Shown here in pieces: positions 39,185 to 51,879 of a stretch of 64,000 bases of DNA; the stretch's first letter is position 1, and the number at the start of each line of letters is the position of its first letter. The stretch is from Azolla caroliniana (taxonomy: Eukaryota; Plantae; Polypodiophyta). The stretch is from the NCBI GenBank assembly GCA_043228905.1, contig JBHGNT010000003.1, positions 19,654,001 to 19,718,000 on the forward strand, written 5' to 3'. The position numbers and the translations under genes are program-made. The notes beneath the pieces are model-generated. The model had not been told where the DNA came from. It worked only from the letters and a program-made list of their open reading frames with translations, and ran no database searches.

Positions 39185-39444
39185 TCATCATCATCTAAAT
39201 GCTCTTACCATAATTCAAAGGTGCTTCCAGTTAGACACTTACAGAAGCCTTGCAACCTTCTCTTTAAAGGTAATAAATTAGCACACTTACATGCATAGTG
39301 ACAACAATTGGCTATGTGTATGCAAGGTAACATTGGAAGAACTTAAATGATTAAGATGTTAGAAACAAAACAAACACAAAATGTTCTATGAGTGAATAGA
39401 TTGGTTTAATAAAACATTGCATTTGCAAATAGGTAAACTAAACC

Positions 39445-39615
39445 ATGTCTGGGAAGGGAAAGAGTGTAAAAGCGGCAGCTTCCGATGGACCCAAGAAACA
39501 AGGCAGCAATGTAAAGGCTCCAAAGGTAGGAGCAGAGGGTGGTCCACCTAAAGGTGTTACCCGTGGTGTTGCATCATCTGCTTCAAAGGCTGGAAATACT
39601 TCCTCGAAAAAATGA
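39445..39615 (+). CDS. Putative 56-aa basic Lys/Gly/Ala-rich microprotein (unknown function)
   Basis: MSGKGKSVKAAASDGPKKQGSNVKAPKVGAEGGPPKGVTRGVASSASKAGNTSSKK*. GC-richer than its flanks; AAACCATG start context; acceptor TAG at 39430-39432; candidate donors AAG|GTAA at 39270 or 39327. Confidence 0.6.
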   Translation: MSGKGKSVKAAASDGPKKQGSNVKAPKVGAEGGPPKGVTRGVASSASKAGNTSSKK

Positions 39616-42600
39616 ATGTTTCTATTATGTGATGTTTCTATAAATAAGTATATATTCTAAGATGTTTGCATTATGATCTTAATGATGTTTCCCCTAACAA
39701 TAACATCGTTTACTATTTCAAGGACATTTACATTTAGTATTTTGATTTCCAAATATTAGTTCTTTTTTATCGCTACTTAATTGTCAAATTATATACGATG
39801 TGTCCAAAAATGGAAGAGGCTTTAAATTTTAGTGACATTGGACTAGGGAACTAGTTCTTTTGCTTGGAATCTAATTTGTTGATATCTTGCCTTTTAAAGG
39901 GACAATGTTATCACTTTCATTCATTGTATTAGGGACACATTCTTGTTTTCATTCATTATGTTGCGAAGAATGTGTTGATGAATGTTGTAAAGCCAAGCTA
40001 TCATGAGCCTGCATGATCTCTATTAATAATGAACACAACATCATGCTCGAGTAGTTTGAGACCTAAACCGTTGTTTAACATTTACGAAGTTAAGCTTGAG
40101 CTTTGTCACTTAACACCATCATGTTTATGTTTAGAATTTTGATCTTTAGATGCTAGTAAGTTAATCTTTTGAATTACCTATCCATCTTAATTCTCTTATA
40201 GATAATTTTGTGGAAGTGTTTAAAGCCTCTTCTATAAATCTTAAGGAAGAGGTTTTGGAGATTGTGCTTTACCACGTAACCTCTTGGCACTTATTATTTC
40301 ATATTTTTAAACAACATGAAGTATCTCATCTAATGCTTGCATGATCCAACACTTCAACAGAGAAGATGGCTCTCTTAATTGATCATCAATCAAATAATGA
40401 TTTCAAATCCATTAAACGAGGGCTATCCTTCCTTGGAATTAAGAAAATCATAGCAAAGCTCACATATCAAAAGTTAAAACTCACCATTACATATCAAAAG
40501 TTAAAACTCACCATAAATATTTCTCCCTATTTATGTAAAATTATAATTTCTATGAGCTACTTCAATATTTCCATGTCTTGTTGACTCATCAACAACTATC
40601 CCTTGGTATGTGGCATACACTTATTTCCTCGACAATCCAACTATATGCAATGACTTTGTAGAAATAGTTTAGATTGCGATGTTGAGATTGTTTTTGTACA
40701 ATTTCATGTAAAACCCGTGTTGATATAGTCATCAATACTCGGGAATCACTAGTTATGCTATTATTGATCTTTTGAATAAGGCTAATGTGAGAGTTATCAT
40801 TTGTGATTCCATATTCGTGAATCATGATTATGGTATTATCATGATCTTTCGAATAACCTCATGCTACTCAATTGAATGATCCAATATTATTGTTCAAATC
40901 GGGACTTTGTGAGAGATATAATGGTCGCAATGTTACTCAAATATAAAAAATTATGATATAAACAACATCACATATTGAGGGTAAAACTACGGGATACGAC
41001 ATGGTTTAATTTATGAAACATGAGAAGGCTTGTGGAGCCAAAAACTATAATTTGGTCTTGGCATGTAAACTACTTTATGTTTAGATATGGAACTAAACAT
41101 AAAAACAAGTATGCCCTCAATCAAAATATAGATTTTGTATTAACCTTTTAAGTGTCCTTAATAAGGAGATCTATAATAGTTTTTTTTTTCCAAAAAGAAG
41201 CTACTTTCCCATTAGTTAGGAGAGATTATTACAGAAAGACTATACAAGGTGGCTTATGCATAAATCGGGGAATCACCCTCCAACTGAGTTCAAGAATATG
41301 AGACTACGCACATATCCTTTTAAACTGACTACTTAATGTAAGTAGGTACCTACAGCTATAAACTAGTGTCTTGCATCACCACCGGCTAGTACAAGCCGGA
41401 TCCTGTGGCCTACAACGAAGGGAGGGTGGGAGGTGAGTAGGAAACGACCAACGTATGCCATATATTAAATAGTTAATAGCTATTAAATTAGAGAACTAGA
41501 TTAGAGTATATTAGCGATATAGTATTTTGGTAAGTTGCTTAATTAAGATAAATAATGTAAGGTTAACGTATCAGCTTTTTTATCGTGTGCAATTTTGGAT
41601 GTTCTCAAAATGTTGACGATATAGTTGTTATTTTCATATATAGGAGGGCTATGTTTTTAACATTCCTCATAAGCTATCCTAATGTCATGGTTTGATTGTT
41701 GTAAACTTGTAAGCATTTATGTGATTAAATAAAATTGAGGACAAGGGAATTGCTGAAATTGAGGCTATTTGGTTTTACGAGGAAACATTCATTGGATTCT
41801 TCCTAAATTAAGATGAAGCTAAGTGGTATATACATGGCTCTATGAGGAAATATGATTAAGGTGCTAACATTAAGGTGAAGTCCTACTTTTGAAGTGCCTT
41901 CGTTACTCCCCACAATATTAATTATCCTTCACTTCAGTGTAGATTAAATACAAATCTCCTTTAGAGAAGTCATCACAAATGCAAGTGTCTAGAATCTAGA
42001 TGTGTATACACACGTGGTTGCGTCGAATAAAAAATAGTTATATGTGCTAATAATAAAAATGGTTACTTGTGTATTATCCAATTCTCTCTCTTATAATTAC
42101 ATACTCATCCCTAGTAACAGTCCAAGTCATTGGCAACCTAGGGATGCTCATATATGACATATATATAGTTAATCACAAGGTTAGTGAATTCCTACAACCT
42201 CAGGTAAGGTTATGCATCTTTGCACATTAACAATTAACAATCATAATGAAGGACCACATATAAAATACCACTACCTTCATTGTCAATGTAACATATCAAG
42301 TTACTTTGGATATCATTAATGTAGATCATTCAAAGGTACGCAACATTGTGTACCATTTTCATCCACATAAACATGTGCCAAGACGCTACGTGTCCTTCGC
42401 ATTGAATGCTTTGTAGGTTTTGAACCCAAAACCTCACAATTATTGTTAGTCCTTTGGAGGATGAGGGACTTGTATCAAGCACACAATACAACCTATTTTT
42501 CTCACTAGCTCATTAGAGTCAAAGTTATGCAGCACCATATTCATTAGATTAAGAATTACCATGGTTATAAACTAATAGTCTAACCCGTTGTTCTTTTATT

Positions 42601-43244
42601 GTGCTTAACGATAGGTGCAATATGCCTTTAGTATCCACCTTCTCTTCCCTAGCTACATAAGATCATTCTTCATCTTAACATGATTATATCTTTTATCTTC
42701 TATACCTTTGATTGACCTTTTTTTTTTGTTTGAGCTCCATGTGGATCTATCTGCCCACAATGATGTGTTGGCGAGGAGACCCCTACCACTTGTTGGTTCA
42801 CATGCCTTCACATAAATATTAGGAACCTTCGATTAGGGTATGGATAATCCCATACATCTCGTATAGACTCCCATACATCTCATAAGTGCATGTATAGACT
42901 CCCATACATCTCGTTAGGCTTCTACTTTCTTGCATTCACACATCATAGGACATTTATTCCTTCCTTACTTCTTAGCGCTTGTTCCTATGATTCTACTTGA
43001 TCCTATAGTTAACATTAGGCATATATTTGTGATTCCTAAACTCCCTACCCTTTCAATTAAGATCATGTGCTTTGGGTCTAGTCTAATATAGTATGCTTGG
43101 GTGGCCCAATACAAGTTAATTATAAGAGTTTGAGTCCCGCCTTTTGCTTCCAATTAAAACTTTGGGGGAATTCTTCTTATTATTGATTGTTTTTAAGTAC
43201 TTAGTGAGTTTATAGTTGATAACATTGTTTCGGAAGGTATCCTC

Positions 43245-43790
43245 AAGTCCCAAGCAAATAACACTTGTATTACGAAGAGATACTCTTGCTTTCATTGATC
43301 CTTTCTTTTCAAATAGATAGCATCATACCCTGGTTTCATGCTCTTACTCCAAGTGGACATCATCCATTTCAAGTAAATGCAAAGTCCCAAGTGAATTACA
43401 CTTGTATTAAGAGGAGATACTCTTGTTTTGGTCCATCCTTTCTTTTCAAGTAGATAACCTCGTACTATGGTTTTGTGCTCTTACTCCAAGTGGACATCGT
43501 CCACTTCAAGTAAATGCAAAGTCTCAAGTGAATTACACTTGTATTAAGAGGAGATACTCTTGCTTTGGTCCATCCTTTCTTTTCAAATAGATAGCCTCAT
43601 AATATGGTTTCATGCTCTTACTCCAACTGGACAACATCCACTTCAAGTAAATGCAAAGTTCCAAGTAAATTACACTTGTATTAAGAGGAGATACTCTTGC
43701 TTTGGTCCATCCTTTCTTTTCAAGTAGATAGCCGCATACTATGGTTTCATGCTCTTACTCCAAGTGGACATCATCCACTTCATATAAATG
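43245..43790. repeat. 137-bp tandem repeat, ~4 copies
   Basis: acacttgtatta recurs at 43261, 43398, 43535 and 43672. Confidence 0.93.
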
Positions 43791-45229
43791 TTATCCCTCC
43801 ATGCGGACACTCTCATTCTCGATGTATGTTCACACTCTAAGTAGATGACATTGGCTTTGACTATATGCCTTCCCTCTCCAAGTGGATGCTTTATATACAT
43901 TAACATTCTAACAACAAAAGTTGATTTAGGATATTATTGCACTATGTGGAACATTGATGCTTCTGAACATAGATAACTAAGACTTAACAAAGACTCTAAA
44001 AAAGATGGAAAAAAACATGAGAAACATTGCCCAGGAAAGTTAGTAGTCAAGACCTAATCTAGATGCAACAAATAGCATTAATGAGATTTGGGACATTCAA
44101 ATGTATGGTTCCACGTGCCAATGATTTAGTGAAGAAATTGGATGCAAAGCAATCAAAGCGACAACAATGATGCAAAGCAATATACTCCCCAAAAACACAG
44201 TTTACTTCAATGACAATTGTGAAGACCTTATAAGTTTCCTAGTTGGCCATTTGAACTACCATCAATCATTCAAAGGTGAACATAGAAGAGGGATCATGCC
44301 ACAAACAAATTTGCAAAAAAGAAGAAGAATTCAAGGTTTGCCTACTCTAAAAGGTTTGTCCTATGGTTGTGCCAAGGTTTAACCTAGGTATTGTAGAGTA
44401 ATATCCAATAAATAGATAGTGTAAATAGATGCAATAAGGTGTCCCTTTATACGAAGGAACATTAGATATGAATGGATGTAACTATTCTAGATGTCAATTG
44501 GAATCTCCATTTTCGAAACTATATAGCATATTCAAGTCATGTGGTTTGTAATGTGACTTTTCGGCAAAAGACAAAGAAATACTTACCATTATTCATTGTG
44601 TCATTGTGTACAATTATGCCAAGCAATAAGCGATTAAATTTTTTATGATAATAGCAAATAAGTTTCTAGCAACAATGTATATAAAGGACCCTTGATGAGC
44701 TTATTTATCTCACTTTTGAGAACTGGACTTACCAAATGATAGCTCATTGAAGCCTAACAAATGAGAGATTCCATTACAAATGATAGTTCGTAACAACTTA
44801 TTTGATGCTCTTTTATGAACAAATTAATGGAAGAAAGAGCTAGAATTTCTTTCTTTTACTCATATTTTTTACCTATTTTGTTTCGTTTTTATTTCAATTT
44901 GTTCTCTTGCTTCATGTGCTTAAAATCTTATTGGCAAACCTTGGGTGGACTTATTTGCTTTCCATAGAAGTGTTTGGTGGGTTGAGCTTGCTCCCTAAGG
45001 ATTCACAAATTTCATACACATCTAGGTTTTTATTTGTTGTCTACATTTATGGCATTGCTTATTTCAGTCCAATTTTGTACTTCCATTTTTCATGCAACTA
45101 GTTCCAACTTATCCACCGTGTGCAAAAGTGACATGCATTAAATCTAATGGAATACACCCATAAGTCTTCCCATTGTAGCTAGTTTTACTTTTTAACCCAT
45201 CAACAAGAAGTTAACAAAACAATGAAATT

Positions 45230-45645
45230 GCTTTTGAACAATGATAAATTTTTAAGAGGATGTTTGTTGACAACCCTATGTGTTGATCGACAAATGTGCT
45301 TTTCCTCAAGTATGGGTTTGCTTCTCTTTCATGTTATTCAATGTGTGTTTTTTGGTCTGGAACTTCTTCGATTTGAATTACTTAAGAATGTCAACAAAGT
45401 GGTTTACAACATTACAACATTGAAAGTTACTCATCTTTCTAATAGAGAGATTCAGAGAAACCTTTATTCTCTATGATTGCTTGCATGCTAAGGAGAAAAA
45501 CATCAATCCTATGGGGATAGATTTTACTTGTTCCAATCATCTAATTTTAAAGTTGATGAAGGAATACAAGAGAAATGCTTCAACAATTACGTAACTCTTG
45601 ATTGATCTCAACATGCACACAATAAAAATAGAGATTGGCACAAAT
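45230..45645 (+). repeat. Local duplicate of 47000-47210 joined to a duplicate of 48045-48245
   Basis: 45230-45440 matches 47000-47210, and 45445-45645 matches 48045-48245; the intervening ~835 bp is absent from this copy. Confidence 0.8.
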
Positions 45646-47579
45646 ATTTGTCCACTAGTTGGGATATGTCAATGATATCCTAGTTAGTAGTTACTAGTGA
45701 CAATTCATTATTGTTATAGCACCAAAATACATTATCTAGATGCTAGTTGACTTGATGGAAAAAAAAGTCATTTATCACAAATAGATGTATCACATTTCGA
45801 AATGATGACTGTTATAAAAGCAACATTCTATATGAATTCCTTTTAATGTTGAATAAACTCATGTACATCATTCCAGCAAGCAAATTTAATTATTGCACAT
45901 ATGTATCTCATAAATAACAAGACATTATGTACCAAGCGAATCAGACATTATTTTTGAAGTGTAAAGTAAATTATTTGCAAAGAATAATTGTTACGGGTGT
46001 CTTTCACTATACATCTTGAATTATGACATGAAACTAACTCATTAATTAGAGTAAAAAGTTTCAATGAATTAAATACATGTGAAATACTATTGTAATGCAG
46101 ACACAAAGAAGACTCGTATTTTTCTTCTCTTGTGATTGGGGCTCGTGGCATAATTGATGAATGTGATATTATATAGCATCAATCAAGCAAGGATTTAGTG
46201 ACACATCCTATTTTAGTAACCTTACATCATATGGCTACATATAAAGTGTTGATACTTTCCATTGGTAAAATCTTCTATAATTGTAAAGCACAAGCATTAG
46301 CAAATGATCACTTTATGTTTTTAGGAGCCTTATGCAACATCAACAAGATTATGCAATTGTCGGAATTGTTTTCTATAGTCCCAACTTTGAAGATCAATAT
46401 TCATAGCTTTTGTTGTGTGTACATGGAGAATTTTGGAGGATATTGGTTGCACCGAGGTAAATAGTGCAATACGATGTGATGCGCCCTTGTTTAGGTTACT
46501 GTATCAAGAGAGATATGTCTAATGTGAAGCTCCTAGATTGGATTTTGAGACAAAATGCCAACATATGTATCTACAAGCACAATCAATTCATGTGAGATAT
46601 AAAGTGATCCAATCAAAGATTATTCATATGGTATTTTATTATTTACTGTTGTTGCCATGGTCTAAAAGAACTATTGAAATGTTAGCAACCTAAATGCAAT
46701 GAAAACGAGAGAGAAAGTTGGAGGCCATACTTGGGTGGCATGGAGTCATATTTGTAATTCAAAAAGACTTGTTCGCATAACATTATTAAATCTATATGGA
46801 CATATAGTGCCTCCTAAAATTCTATATTTTTTCTTAAGGTTTGATTTGCAAAACCACCATCATGAACAAAATTTATCACTTTCTTTATTGACAGTGAAGA
46901 TATCAAGCATAGAAAGACAAAGATTGCAACCTCTCAATGGGATCATGGTAAGTAATGGTAGTCAAATTAAATGTTCAAACTCAATGATAAATCGCCTTTT
47001 TTTGAACAATGATAAATTTTTATGAGGATGTTTGTCAACAAAAGCTATACATATTGATAAACAAACATGCTTTTTCTCAAGAATGGGCTTAATTCTCTTT
47101 CATGTTATTCAATGTGCATTTTTTTTCTCTTTAACTTTTTCAAATAAATTACTTTAAGAATATCAACGAAGTGGTTTACAACATTACAATGTTGAAAGTT
47201 ACTCATCTTTCTTTGGCACAATGTGGAGCCCCAAATGAGCATTCCTCACTATCTCTCGCGGCTTGCCTTGTGACTTTGGTATGGTTACCATGTGCATACC
47301 ATAAATACAAAAAGATACCAAGACCGAGTAAGTCCATTCCATTAATGTTAACAAAATACAAAGTGTTTGCAATCAATGACAAGACAAGTTCCAAACAATT
47401 ATAAACAACAATCTCTACTGTTAATAATTTCAATCTTCACTCCTCTTTTAAGTTCCGTCATCAATCTCTATTGCACACCCCAACCATTACACAAATTCCA
47501 CCATTCAACCAAGTCTTAAATAGTTGCATCGGTTTGCATTGTCCTCCACCTCTAATTGCCTAAACACAACACCTACAAT

Positions 47580-48110
47580 CATAATTACATAAGAGGATTG
47601 GGAGGCTCAAGAGCATGCCTTGCAAGCACAACCATAATATATTGATATATGTTGATAACGTTGTACTACATACTGACCCTCTAGAGACTACAAAGACATC
47701 GAGATACTTTATTGTCATTTTTTACACAAATTTTTTCAGTTTTCTGTTAGCATTGATAACACTAAATTGATGGTGTTTAACACTACTGAAGTATGGGTAA
47801 CAAAATCAATACTAGAATTCCTACACATACCTAGGTTGCAACCTTCACAAGGTCTCGATTCTCCTTATGGAAGGCCTTTTGTGCCTGAATTTCTGGTGGA
47901 TATGCAGCCCTTGAAAGATAATATGCACATATATAATTTTAAGAAGCACAAACAAAATGGTGGTTATTTAATAGACTAGTGGTGTTATACTCTTCTTTTA
48001 AGGGTTAGAAACATGGGAACCCAACATTTGTAACGAGATTGGAGATATTTGGAGAGACCTTTTTACTGTCAATGATTGCTTGCATGTTAAGGAGCAACAC
48101 ATTGATCCTA
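47580..48110 (+). mobile_element. Old RTE-like LINE RT remnant
   Basis: Degenerate ILIYVDNVVL (YADD box), NTKLMVFNT and LLL-x-VETWG-like tracts. Confidence 0.6.
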
Positions 48111-49300
48111 TGGGGATAGTTTTTACTGTGCGTCAATCATCTAGTTTTAAAGCTGATGAAAGAACACAAGCAAAATGCTTTAACAATTCCGTGACTCCTG
48201 ATTGATCTCAACGTGCGCACAATAAAAACAGAGATTTGCACACAAACATACAAGTTGCAAGAGGAATGAATCGTTCACTTACCTCGCCAACTCAAGATTG
48301 GACAAATATTACATAACTTCATCATGCATATATAGATTGGAGATAAGACATGTCATTCATCCTCACAGCATAGAGAGTGATTTAAAATTTTACAAACCAA
48401 AGTGTTAAGGTAAATATGTCCATGAGAATGAAACGAGTGTTTATCATATAAAGACTTGTTACAACACACTGAGAAAACTCTTCTCTTAACAAGAAATAGA
48501 CGCTCCACGATACATATCTGCCACCATCCAATCCATAAAGAGACATTGATTGAATGTTGTCAATGCCCGATCACCAATGTCCAACAAATATTAACTGGAA
48601 CCTTTGAACAAACTAAAAACACACAATAACCATCCGAATCATTTCTATACCATGACCGCTATAATTTAGATAACTCTCTAATCAAATTACCACTACATAT
48701 AAGAAGAATTTATTTCAGGTAAGACACAACAGGAACGGGAGAAATGAAGAAGCCAACATACAAATCAGCATAAAAGAATCCATTGAAATTACAATCACAA
48801 AGTTTTAAATTGACCTCATTTTAAAGGAACCCATGACTCGATGAAATTTGCAAGAAGGTCATTCCCTCGATTCTCATGCATCACAATGAATTGGTGTCTC
48901 TGATTTCAAAAAAGCAAAAAATGTCAACACAACATCAACAAAAAAATTCATGTTATTATCTATCTAAATAAATTCTACTAGCAGATGGTCAACAAATTTC
49001 ATTCCATTCGGTCAATACAATGAAGAAAACTCCATTATCTCCATTGAATCATGCAGTTGGATTAGATTTTGCAGGTATAAACAAATTCTGATACATAAAA
49101 CACTCTGGCATGCATGCATGTTTTTGTATGCCTTTCATTTGTCACATACTTTTGCATTGACTGCCTAAATTTGGCTTCATCATATTCATCAATGCATTGA
49201 TCGATACATTTGCAAAAACATTGCATTTAAATAATAAGACAGTGATTTTCTACTTACAAACAAAGGTGGGTGATGAGCATATGTGCATGTCCATTTGTGC

Positions 49301-49400
49301 NNNNNNNNNNNNNNNNNNNNNNNNNNNNNNNNNNNNNNNNNNNNNNNNNNNNNNNNNNNNNNNNNNNNNNNNNNNNNNNNNNNNNNNNNNNNNNNNNNNN
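49301..49400. other. Assembly gap (100 N)
   Basis: Run of N. Confidence 1.
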
Positions 49401-51485
49401 GAGTTATCTCTTGCCGGAAAGATGATGTGTTATGGTTCTCTTTCACATATGCCTTCCTTCTTTACAATTGAAGATATATGCATAGGACTTAAGAAATTGG
49501 CCTCTCGAAAGGCAAGCGATCTTCAATGCATAAAGGCTGAAATGCTCAAATGGACGGGAAAGGAAGCACATATATGGATAAGCGATATGTTTAATGATGC
49601 ATTGCAACATGGTATGCCGTACGATTGGACTACAAATTGGATCAAACCTTTACATAAAGGTGGAGATATAAATAATGTAAACAATTATCGAACCATCATG
49701 GTTGGCTCATTAATGGCAAAACTATTTGGATGTATAATGGAATCAAAGATAAGTGTATGGGCTGAAAAAAGTGGTAAGAGAGCTTATGGACAAGCTGGCT
49801 TTCGGAAACACCATAGCACCATTGATCACCTTATCACCCTTCGAGTATTAATGGAGGAAAGTCGCCTTAGAGGTAAAGGTTTATATTGTTGCTTTGTAGA
49901 CTTCAAGAAAGCTTTTGATATGGTACCTCGTGAGCATCTTTGGAGGCGAATGGAAGAACTTGAGGTGCCAAGTGAATATATGCTTGCAATTTCCTGAATT
50001 TATGAGAAGGTTATATGTTGTGTGCGCATGAAAGATAAACTTTCAGATTTTTTCAAAAGCACTATTGGTGTTAAGCAAGGATGCCCACTCTCACCAACAC
50101 TATTTGGTCTATGCATTGATGAATTGGAAGAAATGGTTACCAAGTTTGCAAAGGAAGAATGTGTTGAAGAAGTTGCCATTGGGAATGTTGTGATTATGCT
50201 TTTGCTATATGCAGATGACGTAGTGCTTTTTGCAAATACTTTAGGAGATGCACAAAAGCTTATGAAGGCATTGGAAAAAATTTGCATGCATACTAAATTA
50301 AGTGTCAATAGCTCTAAAACAAAGATTATGCTTGTGAAGAGCCAAAAAAGAGATAAACCATGCATTATGTACAACAATGAGCCACTTGAATGTGTGGAAA
50401 GCTTCAAATATCTTGGCCTTGAAGTTCCTTCAAATCATAGATGGAATGAATGTGCTACACGCCGCTTAGAGGCGGGCAAACGAGCATACTATGCATTTGA
50501 GAGCACATGCAATCTTGGAGATATTAAGTGTTGGGTTCTCAAGAAATATCTTTTTGACACTTTGGTGACACCAGTTCTTCTCTATGGGGTGGAAGTATGG
50601 GGCGGTAGCATCCCTAAGTCTATGTGGAAAGAGTTTGAAAATGTCCAAAAGCATTTTCTTACCAAGTTTCTACAAGTTAAGAAACAAACGCCCTACACCC
50701 TCCTCCTCCTTGAGACGGGATCGCTTCCCATTGAGATCATGGCCATGGAAAGGGTTGTTGAATACATGCTTAAGGTTCAAAAAAGTTCCTCACATCGACT
50801 TCCTAGAATTGCGTGGGAAGCAAGCAAAAAGATCCAAAAGACGCATAAAAGCAAAATTTTGTGTTCCGGTTGGATGCAAGATATAGAAAAATGGTTTGGT
50901 AGATGGGATGCGAGACACTTGCTTCATGATGCATCATTAGATTCCTCTGTAAATGAGGCATTTTTGCAACGCCAATGCATCATGACATGGGACAAATGTG
51001 GAGGCTCACGCTTCACACATTATACTACACATGTTGCACCTAACTACAAAACCATATTGTTTGCGGAACGGGGAAATCGTACACATCCATACATGTTAGA
51101 GCCCATACCGTTATCTGCCATTTGAACCATTGCTTCCATGAGACTTAGCTCACATGCATTGCGATGTGAAACAGGGCGTTGGGGTACAAGTGATGAGAGT
51201 GGTCGGCTATGCACACTTTGCCCTAAACAAGTTCGCTAGCTCTGCCTTTGATCATATTCGACCATGCTTTCCACATCTCTTCGATCGAGCCCAATCTTTG
51301 CATGAATTCCTCTCACAACCACAATGTGCACTCTCGATTGCAACATTCATTGGTAAAGTTCTTGAACATCGAGAGTCACTACTCACTTTCACACGTATCA
51401 CGTGAAATGTAATATTTTTGGTCTCATAGGTCATATTTGATCTCCGAAGACGATAATATAATCTATCTATCTATCTATCTATCTC
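49401..51485 (+). mobile_element. Non-LTR retrotransposon (RTE/RTEX-like), RT plus C-terminal Cys region, (CTAT)n tail
   Basis: Motifs PLHKGG..NNYRTI, QAGFRK, FVDFKKAFD, GVKQGCPLSPTLF, YADD and LRCETGRW...CTLC. TGA stops at 49995 and 51123; tail ctatctatctat ~51463-51484. Confidence 0.92.
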
Positions 51486-51879
51486 TCTGTCTCTCTGTAC
51501 AGTTACGCGCTCTGATTTCTTCTTGCACCAACAAGGAAGAATAATAATCAGAATGGCAACAAACTAAAAGTTTGCCCTAAGTCATATTTATACTAATATG
51601 ACTTTTCGTCTATTTACAAATGTAGCCTCGATGGGCTCCATCCGACTCTCCGCAGTCGGGTACTCCTCATCCGGTTCACACCGGGCCTACACCATCCGAC
51701 TCTCCGAAGTCGGGTTCTCCTCATCCGGTTCATACCGGGCCTACACCATCCGACTCTCCGAAGTCGGGTTCTCCCTATTCGGTTCATACTGTTTCGGCCT
51801 CGGCCTGTCGGCCTCGGCCGAGTTTGTTCGTCGGCACTGTTCTTCTCCCTTCCCATCCGGAGGGCCCTGTCTACCAACA
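51485..51879 (-). mobile_element. Inverted partial LTR of the 52322 family
   Basis: Reverse complement of 52322-52965 with ~3 copies of the 54-bp repeat; terminus ctaccaaca at 51879. Confidence 0.85.

Noticed and set aside
41735-41885. Protein-like tract EDKGIAEIEAIWFYEETF...
   Set aside because: Contains stops and I cannot assign it to a family.
48250-49300. Possible DNA transposon/Helitron coding remnant
   Set aside because: No diagnostic motif recognised.
49197-49400. ORFs spanning the N gap
   Set aside because: Frame continuity across Ns is artefactual.
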